A program made the translations under genes and the position numbers. From contig NC_042998.1 in the NCBI RefSeq assembly GCF_006345805.1, positions 173,166,001 through 173,230,000 on the forward strand: 64,000 nucleotides of DNA. Reading direction: 5' to 3'. Position 1 is the stretch's first letter. Every line of letters begins with the position of its first letter. This document shows positions 25,977 to 38,366 of the stretch, piece after piece. The DNA is from Octopus sinensis. Lineage: Eukaryota. Under the pieces are notes generated by a model. The model did no database searches, was not told the origin of the DNA, and saw nothing but the letters and a program-made list of their open reading frames with translations.

Positions 25977-26510
25977 ATTAAATAATTAAATTTAGAAAAA
26001 TTAGAAGAAAAGTTTTTTTAAAAGATATTTCTATAGTAGTGTTCAGATTTAAGTGGCATTCTGCCTTTCTCTGACTCCCTTGTTTGCACTTGTGTGTTCG
26101 AGGTAGTTGTGAGTTCTTGGTAAGGTAGTAGAGGGAAGGCTGGTGAGGAAAGGGGGGTGGGAGAATCTGGGAGTGCCCTGATGGTCGTATTTTGAATGGT
26201 CAGTGGCGGCTGGCAGTCTCAGTTCAATTCAGGAGAATATTTATATTGACAGGCTTGTTTATAGAATTAGCGTAGGTGTTATACTAAAAAACATTAGTGA
26301 CAAACTTAAGGGGTAGGGGGGGGAGAAGAAGAAGAAGAAGAAGAAGAAGAAGGAGAAGGAGAAGATGATGGTGATGATGATTATGACGACGATGATGATG
26401 ATAACGATGATGATGAAGAAGAAGAAGAAGAGGAAGGAGGAGAAGGAGAAGATGGTGGTGATGATGGTGGCGATGATGATGACGCCGATGATGATGATAA
26501 CGATGATGAT

Positions 26511-26545
<35 letters not shown>

Positions 26546-27242
26546 AAGAAACAGAGAAGGGAGAATATGAATGGGTGTAAATATAGCTATGAAGGGGCTG
26601 ATTAGTAATGGATTCTATGGAGTGTAGTATTTGTGTGTGTATATATATTTTTTTCTTTTATTCTAAAGTTGAGGTATATTAATTGTTTGTCGTAGACCCG
26701 TTAAGAAGTGGCTTGTATTTTGTAATAAAGAGATTTTCTTTACTTATTCTTTGTCTCGAGGTTGTATCGTCCCTAATTGGTAGAGGGGGAAAATTCTGAA
26801 GTTTGGTGTTTTTTTGTTGGCGCAAGTATCTATGTGTTGGCTAAAAGCTATTTTTCTGTTTTGGGGAATTTTTATCTGGGATCTGTGCAGGGCCATTCGT
26901 TTACGCAAACCATTTTTTGTTTGGCCTATGTACTGCTCTTGACACCCGGAGCAGGTTAGTGAGTATATTAGGTTCTCCGAAGCACATGTGAAGTTGCTTT
27001 TCACTGAAAACCGTTGTCCCTGTTTGAAGGAGAACTCAGAACCCTCGATTAGATAGTCGCATATCCCGCAATTGGGTCTTCCACATTTTTTTACTGTCGG
27101 CTTCTGTGTTGAAGAGTGAATTCGGGCTTGTGTAAGGAGACTTTTCATGGATCTAGGCTGTCTTTTGCTTTTTATGATCGTGTGTGTTTGGAGGATTGTG
27201 TTCATTCTGTGGTCTTTTTTTAGGAGGGGTATGTTATATATA

Positions 27243-28843
27243 TAAGGTTGAGTGAAAATTAAGCAACATTTTGAAACATGAAATGCGAAAATTTTATTCA
27301 TCAAAGTAAGTACCACTACATTGACAAGTTTTTTTTTTTATTCCGGTAACATAAAAATCTGGATTCCTGGAGCTGATGAACACTTTGAACGCACTTTCAG
27401 CATCGGTTTCATTTTTGAACTCATTCTTTCCCAAGAAACTATGAAGGTGCTTGAAAAACTGGTAGTCGGTAGGAGAAAGAACTGGGGAATAAGCTTGGTG
27501 GGGAAGAACTTCGTAGCCAAGTTCTCTCAACTTCTGGAGCGTCATTAGTGAAACGTGTTGTCGAGCATTGTCATGAAGAATAATTGGTCCTCTTCTGCTG
27601 ACCAGTCTGGGACGGAGGGCTAGCGGTTTTTAGGTCCATTTTGGCAATTTCCTGGCAATGTTTCTGCAGTGATGGTTTTTCCGGGTTTAAAAAAGTTACA
27701 TTGGATGAGTACAGCACTACACCACCAAACAGTCACCATAACATTCTTTTTGAAAAGCTCGGGTTTAAGGAAGGTTTTCGGTGCTTCATTTTGGTCCAAC
27801 CAATGCAAAGAACGTTTTTTTTTTATTATTATCCACTTTTCATCGCAATGTACAATGCGGTCGAGAAATGGATCGGTCTGGTTACAGAAAAGAAGTGGAT
27901 GGAAGCACTCCGTCGGTTACGACGACGAGGTTCCGGTTGATCCGAATCAACGGAACAGCCTGCTCGTGAAATTAACGTGTAAGTGGCTGAGCACTCCACA
28001 GACACGTGTACTCTTAACGTAGTTCTCGGGGATATTCAGCGTGACACAGAGAGTGACAAGGCCGGCCCTTTGAAATACAAGGTACAACAGAAACAGGAAG
28101 TAAGAGTGAGAGAAAGTTGTAGTGAAAGTGTACAGCAGGGATCACCACCATCCCCTGCCGGGGCCTCGGGGAGCTTTAGGTGTTTTCGCTCAATAAACAC
28201 TCACAACGCCCGGTCTGGGAATCGAAACCGCGATCCTATGACCGCGAGTCCGCTGCCCTAACCACCGGGTCATTGCGCCTCCACACAGAAAAGAAGTAAT
28301 GAGCAAAGTTCATACCTGCGCATTTTCTGATTTTCATTCAAACCCATTTGTAGAGATTTTTTAATTTTCCGATCGCATGCAACTAGTTGCATGCAGTTTT
28401 ATGGCTAATTTGAAGTTCTTTTGTCTGTTCTCGAGTGGTTTTACGTGGATCTTTATCTATGACGGTTTTTAATTGAACGTCAGCGATGACAGATGGCCGT
28501 CCACTATGCTCACGATCTTTAAGGCTCAAGTCTCTACTGCGAAATCGTTAAAACCGTTCTTGAGCTGACCTCTCACTGGTCATTTCCTCACCTAAAGTTC
28601 CATTGATATCACGCGCAGTTTGAAGTCGAATAGCAATATTGCTCCAATATCGCGCTCTGACAGTTCCATTTTTAGATGATTGTAACAACGGCGAAATCGA
28701 CGTTAATTTATTGATGCATTTCGCAAATCTGTCTTTATTATGAGACAGTTTGCAAAAAATGCTTTAAAAAAATTCAAAACTCTGCAAAAATCCGGTACAA
28801 ATTCTTCATGGTTCAATACATTGCTAACTTTTAATTAACCTGA
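27243..28843 (-). mobile_element. Mariner (Tc1/mariner) transposon, decayed, interrupted by a SINE
   Basis: MELSERDIGAILLFDFK start, KNVMVTVWW, EVLPHQAYSPVLSPTDYQFFKHL (YSPDL-like), and imperfect TIRs taaggttgagtgaaaatt / tcaggttaattaaaagtt. Confidence 0.88.
27897..28284 (-). mobile_element. tRNA-derived SINE with 13-bp TSD
   Basis: TSD acagaaaagaagt at 27884-27896 and 28285-28297. Confidence 0.95.
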
Positions 28844-28879
<36 letters not shown>

Positions 28880-29276
28880 AGTGTATGAGTGTGTGTGTGC
28901 GTGTATGAGTGTGTGTGTGCGTGTGTGTGCCAGTGCTTGTCCCCAAACCATTGCTTGACAACCAATGGTGGTTTGTTTATGTCCCCCTAACTTAGCGGTT
29001 CTGCAAAACAGACCGACAGAATAAGTACTAGGTTCACAAAAAATAAGCCCGGGATTGATTTCTACGTCTAAAAACCTATAAGGTGGTGTTCCAGCATGGC
29101 CGTAGTCAAGGGACTGAATCGTGTATAAGAAGAATAAAATAAGGAATATATAGGTACAGGTGTGGCTGTGTGGTAAGAAGCTTGCTTCCCAACCTCATGT
29201 CTCTGAGTTCAGTCCCACTGCGTGACACCTTATGTATATATATAACATACATATAATATATAACATACACACACAT

Positions 29277-29321
<45 letters not shown>

Positions 29322-29330
29322 AAACATACA

Positions 29331-29432
29331 TATAAGAGTGATGACCACCAAGTGGACATCCATATGCTAGAAGTTGCCCCTATGGTCGACTTCTAGCATA
29401 TGGATGTCCACTTAGTGGTCATCCTTCTTATA
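29331..29432. repeat. ~100-bp hairpin/mini-MITE flanked by TA
   Basis: 35-bp arms gatgaccac(c/t)aagtggacatccatatgctagaagt with one mismatch and a 14-nt loop. Confidence 0.9.
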
Positions 29433-29556
29433 TATATGTAATATAATTTTTCTGAATCTTCAGAGTTTTCTATATGCTAGACCACTGGTTTTAAATTGAT
29501 ATTAATCAAATTAATATTCAATTTTTCACCCTTATTATTTAAATTTATATATATAT

Positions 29557-29596
<40 letters not shown>

Positions 29597-30429
29597 CTTC
29601 TATATATTTTGTGTCTATATATATGTAAAGATTTATGTGTCTGTGTTTGTCACCCCACCATCGCTTGACATCCGATGTTGATATATTTACGCCCTGTAGC
29701 GGTTCGGCAAACGTAACCGATAGAGTAAGTACTAGGCTTACAAAGAATAATCCTGGGATCGATTTCTTCGACTAAAGATGCTGCTCCAGCATGGCCACCC
29801 TCTCGATCTATACCTTTCGTTTTTCTCTTTCCTTCATATTTTCGTTACCTGTTCCTCCCCTCTTTCTTTCATATATTCCCATTCCTCTCTCATCCCTATC
29901 ATATCTTCCCCTTTTCCCACTTCCCTCTCCCTTCCTTTGTCTCTCTCTACATCTACCTCTCTCCCTCTCTGTTTCATTACTTCCTCTTTGTCTCTCCTCT
30001 CCCTCACTCTGTCTCTCCCTCCCTTTTATATCCTCCTCCTTTTTCCACTTCTCTCCCCCTTCCTTAGTCTCTCCCTACATCTAATCCTTCCCCTCTCATC
30101 TCACCCTCTTCCTCATATACTTGTCATTTCTACTCATCTTCTCACTCCGTTTCTTCCTTTCCCTCACATCCTTCATTCTTTCCTCTCTCTTCCTCACTCT
30201 CTTTCTCTTCCCCTCTTTCTCTTCCCCTCTTTCTCTTCCCCTCTTTCTCTTCCCATCCTCTCCCTCCTTCTGTCTCGCTATCGCTACATACCATCTCTCT
30301 CTTCATATCACCTCTCTTTTCTTCATATATCCCTCTCTCTTTCCCTCTCTCTCCCTCTGTCTTTCTTCCTCTCTACCTTCCTCTGTCTCTCTCACTCCCT
30401 TTCTACCCTGTCCCCCCCTCTATGTTTGG

Positions 30430-33075
30430 AAAACGAAGATGGCACCAAAGAGGGAGAACAATAATTGAATCTTCTCTTGCGAGCATAGGCGATTACTAGC
30501 GGCGATCCGCCAAACAATATCATCACTGCTGCACTGATGAACAATGGCTTCTGTAGAACCATTGAGCAGATAGAACTGAAAAAACCGAATTCATCTGATC
30601 CTATGCCCTTATCAGACCACACATTAACACTCTTGATGTCATCATGGAAAACTACTGTGGCAAGGCTAATAAGGATAAGGAAAACGAAGCAAAAACCAGA
30701 AGTCTCTTTGATCCAGTGGTTCCTCAAAAGAATGGATCCTCCACTCTTCTGAACAACCAGGCTGATAAGGATAGGGAAGCTTAGGAACCAGAAATCCCTC
30801 TGTGCCTGTGGTCCTACAAAGGAACGGAGTCCTCACCCCATTGGACAACCAGAAGGATGCAAGTTCTACCACACGAAAAGGAAGGAAAGAACACGAGCAT
30901 AAATATAAATAAGGAAAGGGAGAAAAAAGGAAAAGGAAAACATTAAATAACTAGAGTCAAAACCCCAAACCATCAAGCAAACAATAGAAAACTCAAATAT
31001 GGAGGCTCCAATGGAATCCGAAACCCTAGAAGAGTGAATCAAGGACATGCAGATGTTGGCATGGGGAAGACGGTACAAACAGCCGGTATGTTCACTTGAC
31101 AGCCTGCCAAAACTACAGGGGCCTTAAGGAAAAATACTTCCTTTGAGGAAAGGCATCAACCGTCTCCACAGAAAAAAATATACAAATGCAGTGCGCTCCC
31201 CAGATGTTATACGTAAGGCAGAAGCAGAACAAGAGCCTTTTTTGTGCATGGCGCAAATGATTGTGCAGCAGCTAACCTAGCTACATCAAGCGCAAACAAG
31301 GAACCTTGACCACCATTGCGCAAGACCATCATAATCAACAGGCCCGGGATGGCCTCCCCTAATGCCTGCATAGTTGTGACGCCAATATTTTTTATAAATA
31401 TTGGGAGCCTGTTGCATAACAACAACAAAAGCAAAAGTTTTCCCTGGGAGACCTTGCTGCATGCAATCAAGCCCTATGCATAGCACTCATGGAAACTCAT
31501 CTGAGCCCTTATATAGAGGATGCAAAAGTACATGTAAAAAAACATACTATACTGCGAACAAACAGAAGGGAAATGAGCCATGGTGGAGTTGGTGTATGAA
31601 GACCTCACACCACAGGTCTTACTGTCATACTCAAATTCAGTATATGACACTCTAATTGTATGCATAAGACAACACAATATAGTCATATACAATACATATC
31701 GCCCATCGGATGCTCCAAACCACATAGGTAAGTTTGAAGATTGCCTCACAAGAATTAAAGAAATCCTCATGAAACTGGAACACCACGTAAGCGTATTTCT
31801 TATGGGTGATTTCAACTTTCCCAGTGTCAAATAGCTCGAAGGTCTCATGCTGCCTGACCCAGTTCTTACAGCACTATGATTGTGTGTTAAGGCAGTCACT
31901 CAACAACTCAAATGTGGACTTAATATACCTTGACTTTTCAAAAGCTTTTGATAAAGGGGATCATGGTATGATATGCCACAAACTACGTGATCTACGCATA
32001 TCTGGAAAACTTGGGGAGTGGTTACATGACTTTCTGATAGATAGAAGTCAGGCAGTAGTGGCCAATGGATCCACTTCAATGAAAATACAAATAGCAAGCG
32101 GTGTTTCACAGGGCAGTCTTGGGAACATTGCTTTTCATTGTGGCCCTCTCAGATATGCCTGCTACTGCCCGGATTGAAATCCTTGCTTGCTACGCAGATG
32201 ATACGAAAGTATCGCAGAAAATACAGAACCCAAGCAAATTTGCACACCTGCAGTAGGAATTTGACTCAATTTACAGATGGGTTGAGGATGATTAGATTCA
32301 GTTTAATGCTGAAAAGTTCCAAGCCCCGCGCTACCAGCGTCCAAAACTGAATATAAAACTTACAGGTTACACTGGTCCACATGGGATTACAATCCCAGAA
32401 CCTAAATCAGAGAGGGTATGGACATGTGCGATGATACCTCTTTCCAATTGCACATTACCAGGATGGCAACAAAGTGCAGACGACTGGCTGGCTGGATCTT
32501 GAGAACATTCAGAACCAGAGAGAAGGAAATCATGATGGTACTCTGGAGGACATTCGTCCTCAGCCGCTTGGATTACTGCTCCCAGCTATGGTCACCCACA
32601 TCGTCTCATTGCGATAGCCCAGCTACTGGGAAAGGCTGAAGCAGCTAAGACTCTACTCCCTGGAGCGAAGGCGGGAGAGGTATGCAGTAATATACATCTG
32701 GAAGATCCTGGAAGAAATTGTGTCAAAGTTTGACATTGAAAGCTACACAAATGCCAGAACGGGTCGACATTGCACATTACCAAAGATCCCAACAATGCCA
32801 TCGCACATCAGGACCAGTTGCTGCAACAGCCTGGGTTTCAGGAGCCCGTAGCTTTTTAATATCACCCCAATGAGCTTGAGAGACCTACGCAAAGTTGATG
32901 TAGGTGCTTTCAACTCAAAACTGGACCTCTTCTTGTCGAAAGTCCCAGATGAACCTACCTCACGACACGAGGTGCAAATGAGGGTAGCGACATCAAACTC
33001 TCTTATTCACCAAATTCCACATATTAGAGAGCGGTATCCCAGCATGGCCACAGCTCTGAGTTGAAACTAGAATAT
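30430..33075 (+). mobile_element. CR1-group LINE, decayed, with an internal deletion between APE and RT
   Basis: APE motifs IYNTYRP and FLMGDFNFP; RT motifs VDLIYLDFSKAFDK, SGVSQGS, ADDTK and LDYCSQLWSP; stem-loop 3' tail. Confidence 0.88.
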
Positions 33076-34837
33076 AATATAACGGGCTGATGCATTGTGC
33101 TCTTGATCAAAACAGTTAGTCTCCCGTTTCTCCGTGATTTTTTCGTGAATCCTTTTAGACAACGTCGATTTGAGATATTTGATCAATATAAACAAATATT
33201 AATGACTTGTAAGCCCACAGCATTTCGTTATGCAACCATAATATGCTACAAAGCATATTAAACGTTTTATAAGTCAATATCATGTACTACTGTGCTAGTT
33301 GTGCACTGAAATCACGTGTTTAGGTCATCGCTACAGATTTTCTATTGAAATTATAGGCGGAACAAATTTTTTACGACGTTTTGTATCTGAGAAGTCAGAT
33401 GTAAAAAAACCAATGAGATTCGAAGATGAGAAAATGGTTAATGAGCATATATGCCCAGCACCCATCTAAGCTATTAATCATCTTCGGATTCTTTGCTTAA
33501 ATAGCCACTAAATTTAGCGGTGTAACATTATTGTGTATACCAATTTACATATTAAACACATTCCTGGGAGCTGGTACGTAAATATTAGTGACTTGTAGGG
33601 ACACCGTTTTTCACTATGCAACCATAATATACTACAAATTAGTCAATGCTGTGTTCTAATGTGTTACCAGTGCTATTAAATCATTTATTAAAGTTGTTTC
33701 TACAGATTTCCTAAAGAAATTATAGTCAACAGTGTGATCGAAGAGGCAAAATGGGTAACTAGTGTAGATGCCATATTTCAGGAGTTCTTGTTACTCATCA
33801 GCACCAGTCCTATCCATTAATTATTCATTAACTAGTTGTTTAAATACCTTCTACATATAGCGGAGTAACATTGGTTTCGATACTGTCTATGAGCAACGAA
33901 AAAAAACTTTCAAGTCTTTTTCGCTATATACGACTGAAAATAACTACTAGTGGTGTCTGGTAATTCATCCTGGGTCGCGCTGACGTCGCGTTCTTTCAAC
34001 CTGACGTCTTGTACTTTCAACCTAATAACTTTGAAGTTCTGTTGTGTCTGGGGAAAAAACATGAAAATAAAAATAAGAAATAAGTGGAAATTTTACCGGT
34101 GAGTGTGTTAAATAATAAGTCACAAAAAGAAAATGACTATCCCCAGACACAACAGAATATGCTTCAACACACGAACTCATATAAAGAATCTTGCAAACCA
34201 AATCCCCAAACGAAACTTTGAAGTTCCTTTTAATCTCCGGTCTCATTTGCTTGTGAGCTTGAGACAGACATTTTTAGGTAATTCTAGCAACACGAAGCAT
34301 GGCAAAAATAAAGGAAGTAATGCTTCAAACACACTAAGCGTGTCAACACACATATATGATTTTATACATATACATACATATATACATAAATGTGTGTGTG
34401 TGTCTGTGTGTGCGTGTGCGTGTTTGTGTGTGCATAAAAGAAATTAAAATGACAAAGGAATAAGAAATCATATGATGAACATCATTAGCTTACTGTTTAT
34501 TTTGTTGCGAGATGTGATGCATTTATAGTAGAACACTTGTGTATCACCCTATAGATTCATCGGAGCTTCAAACACGAAACGCAGTTTCGTTTGGCAAAAC
34601 ATTTACATTCACAAATGTAATTGCTTTCACATATAAAACTGCACTCATTCAACTATGAGTGCATTGCATCTTAAAAGCAGAAACAGCTGCAAGCTAATGA
34701 AATTTATTGCATAATTTCTTTCTCCTTTGTCACTGTAATTTTTCATTATTGCTCAATATTCGACGGACGCATTGTTCCACCGCATATGTATATCGAATTC
34801 TAACACCGGGTTATTAGAGTCACTATCTCCAAGCGAA

Positions 34838-34840
34838 ATG

Positions 34841-34898
<58 letters not shown>

Positions 34899-34906
34899 TA
34901 ATAATG

Positions 34907-34940
<34 letters not shown>

Positions 34941-34951
34941 TGATAATAATG

Positions 34952-35006
<55 letters not shown>

Positions 35007-35045
35007 TAATAAAAATAAAACTACTGAATAATAATAATAATAATG

Positions 35046-35078
<33 letters not shown>

Positions 35079-35118
35079 TAATAATAATAATGATGATAAA
35101 ATAATAATAATAATATCA
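34838..35118. repeat. (ATA/ATG)n microsatellite
   Basis: Read directly from the sequence. Confidence 0.97.
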
Positions 35119-35866
35119 ATAATGTTTACATATATGCTATATGTAATATGTGTGTATGTGTGCACGCCTACAAATATCTGCGTGCATATATATTATATCA
35201 AATATATCTGCTGTATTTTGTTTCTGGCTTTGTGTTTGATACTTCCGGCATAATTTCCCTTTTCCATCATTACATAACTAGTGGTGTGAAATGATGTAGT
35301 TTTTTTGTATCAAAGAAAAGTATTTCTTTCATCTGTTTTATTCCCATTTATAACAAATTGAATGCTATCATTCCTAAAAGGAAAGAACGAAAATATTTTG
35401 AAAACGACTTCAGCAGAGCTTGAAAAAAAGAAATACAACAGAAGCAATGCAAAGAGCAATAAATAAGTAAAGCGCATTGCTTTAACGTAAGTAGGAATGA
35501 GTTCCTAATTGTGTGCAGACGCACAGATATACTCGCAAACTCACAACAAACACGCATCTGAAGAATGATTTGATGGGAGACAGAATTCAATAGCTTTCTT
35601 GAGTTTAAATCCTATTGTGGTATTTCGAAAGTTCAATGTCCTACTATGTCTTGAATTTTCATAGCGGGGCTCTGACTCTACCCGCCGTGAGGCATTGTGA
35701 ACTTTGCATTACACATGATAGTAAATACGTAATCTCTGTCTGTATGGCTGACTCTTTTTCTCCCTCTCTCGCCTTTCTATGTCTCTATCGATACATAAAT
35801 GTGTGTGTGTGTATGTATAGTTATGGTATATTAGGTGTATATGTATATATACATACACACACAAAC

Positions 35867-35923
<57 letters not shown>

Positions 35924-35962
35924 GTGTGTGTGTGTGTGTGTAATTATGTATGTATGTATATA

Positions 35963-36714
35963 CGAGGTCTGATCAATAGGTATCCGGACCGTTGCCATAG
36001 AAACGGAACTAAAGCACGTAATATGAAGCCAGCAGCTAGGCAAAGATTGACCTTGTTTTCTGCTGTACATGCGCACTTAGCTTTAACGTTCTAGCTCACT
36101 TCCGCTAGACAGTGCTTGGAAGGAAGGTGTGTAGCGTGTGACCATCGCATTGACTATGACAGAGAAAGCTGTCAGTGCGATACCTGCTCAGAGGCCTACG
36201 CAAAGTTGCAGAAAGTGGATGGAGGGGAATGTATGAGCTGCACGGAGAGGAATGGTTCAGACGTTTACAAGTTGATCGAAAAAATGTCGATGTGGACGAA
36301 TATTCAGGGAGACCCGCAACCAGAAGAAATTAGAAAAACATCGCAGATGTGTGTGTAGCTGTAAGGAGAAATCGTCGAGTCAACCTCCGTGAGTTATCAG
36401 AGGATGTGCAGATTAGTTACGGTTCAGTTCAGTCTATTATCACTGAAGATTTGGGTTTGAGATGCGTGTCTGTCAAGTTTGTGCCAAAGCTGCCTTTCGC
36501 TGACCAAGAAGACACTCGCGTTTCAGATGCACAACATTTCCTTGATTGTTCCGAGAATGAGAAAAACTTTTCGAAAACTTGGCGTAGATCTCTGAGCAGG
36601 TATCACCAAGCTTTTGGCAAAATTTGGTGCAAATTCTCTGCTCAACTTCCACTGTCATGATCAATGCGACGATCACACGCTACACTCCTTCTTTCCAAGC
36701 AATGCATACATACA
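35963..36714 (+). mobile_element. Mariner 5' half joined to an inverted 5' fragment of the same family
   Basis: TA-cgaggtctgatcaa TIR-like start and HTH region through KFVPKL. 36576-36714 is the reverse complement of ~36108-36208. Confidence 0.8.
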
Positions 36715-37499
36715 TACATACATACATACATACATACATACATACATACATACATACTACATACATACATACATGTGTCTGTGTGCTTCTCTATATGAGT
36801 GTATCATTGGATATATACAGATGTGTGTATGTGTTTTTGTGTATGTATGTATGTATGTATGTATCTATGTATCTATGTATGTATGTATGTATGTATGTAT
36901 GTGTGTGTGTATGTTTGTAACTAAACAGCCTTTTCTATAGACTGAATAACAAACTCAAACATATCAGTGTGAAAACTGCTTCTAGCAGAGTCACTTGTTG
37001 CAAACACCTAATAACTCATAAACATATTATATAGAGGGCATTATTACACATAAATGCCACACGCTAGGAGGGACTCAAAGTCAAAACTACTAAAATAAAT
37101 AAACATATCGTACCGAATGCAGTTCTCGAAGCAAGACATTTAAAAACAGAATTCAGCTGAATATCACCTGTATAATATAAATAATATAATATAAATAAAT
37201 AATACAAATAAATATATTCAAGTGAAAAAATTAGTGGATTTTTTTTCTCTTATGAGGTTTTTCACGCTAACTACTTGATAAATTCTTTTGAAGATTTTAT
37301 CCTATTTTTAAATGTCTTGCTTCGAGAATTGCATTCGGTACGATATGTTTATTTATTTTAGTAGTTTTGACTTTGAGTCCCTCCTAGCGTGTGGCATTTA
37401 TGTGTAATAATGCCCTCTATATAATATGTATATATATGTATATATATATATGTATATATATATATATTATATATATATATATACATATTCTTATTCGTT

Positions 37500-37905
37500 T
37501 ATTCTTTTAATTGTTTCAGTTATTTGTCTGCAACCATGATCGAGCACCACCTTTATTCGAGCAAATCGACTCCAGGATTTATTCTTTGTAAGCCTAATGC
37601 TTATTCTATCGGTTTCTTTTGCCGAGCAGCTAAGTTACGGGGACGTAAACACACCAGCATCGGTTGTCAAGTGATGCTGGATGAACAAACACAGACACAC
37701 AAGCATATACACACGCATACATATAAACATACATATATACGACGGGCTTCTTTCAATTTCCGTCTACCGAATCCACTCACAAGGCTTTGGTCGGTCCGTG
37801 GCTATAGTAAAAGACACTTGCTCAAGGTGCCACGCAGTGGCACTGAACCCGGAACCATGTGGTTGTTAAGCAAGCTACTTACCACATAGCCACTCCTGTG
37901 CCTAA
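37500..37905 (-). mobile_element. Bipartite SINE
   Basis: Same family as the copy at 12172. Confidence 0.9.
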
Positions 37906-38366
37906 ACACACATTATATAAGTTCAAATAAATATTACAAACTTCAATAAAGGATAATAAAGTCCAATGAAAATGCTGGTTTGTTACCTATTTAAAAAGTG
38001 TTGAAAATTACAATTAACGTTCAGCTGTAAGGTAACTAAATAAACCGTGCTTTACATATAATTTAAGAAGATAAGAAAATAGAGAGATAATTTATAATTA
38101 TTTATCAATGAAAGAATTAGACAACATCTCTGGAAGCTGTTTCTATTCCAGACCTTAATAAGTTAATTACTATAATTAAAACCATTTAAAAGTCGAATCT
38201 CATCAGAGTTGGCTAAAGATATACAATTAGGTATTCTTTTTCCTGCTTGTTCAGTATACGGCTCCAAACCGTTAACTGATAAAAGTTGTACATAAAGAAC
38301 ATGGTATAAACCTTACAAAGGGGAGGAAGGTAGTATATTTATTGGAGTTAGAATAAAAGTAAGAAT

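Larger units (their letters stand above)
21505..27235 (-). mobile_element. Penelope-like retroelement: full unit (21505-25872) plus an upstream 5'-truncated tandem copy acting as pseudo-LTR
   Basis: Direct repeat 21511-22855 versus 25879-27235 (offset 4368), PLE RT and GIY-YIG motifs, and (TA)n at both ends and at the junction. Confidence 0.95.

Noticed and set aside
29778-30464. 228-aa Leu/Ser/Pro-rich ORF resembling a membrane protein
   Set aside because: It is a low-complexity CT-rich tract upstream of the CR1 remnant.
33200-33900. Degenerate ~350-385-bp duplication (tatgcaaccataatat twice)
   Set aside because: Old local duplication with no defined ends or coding signal. Low information.
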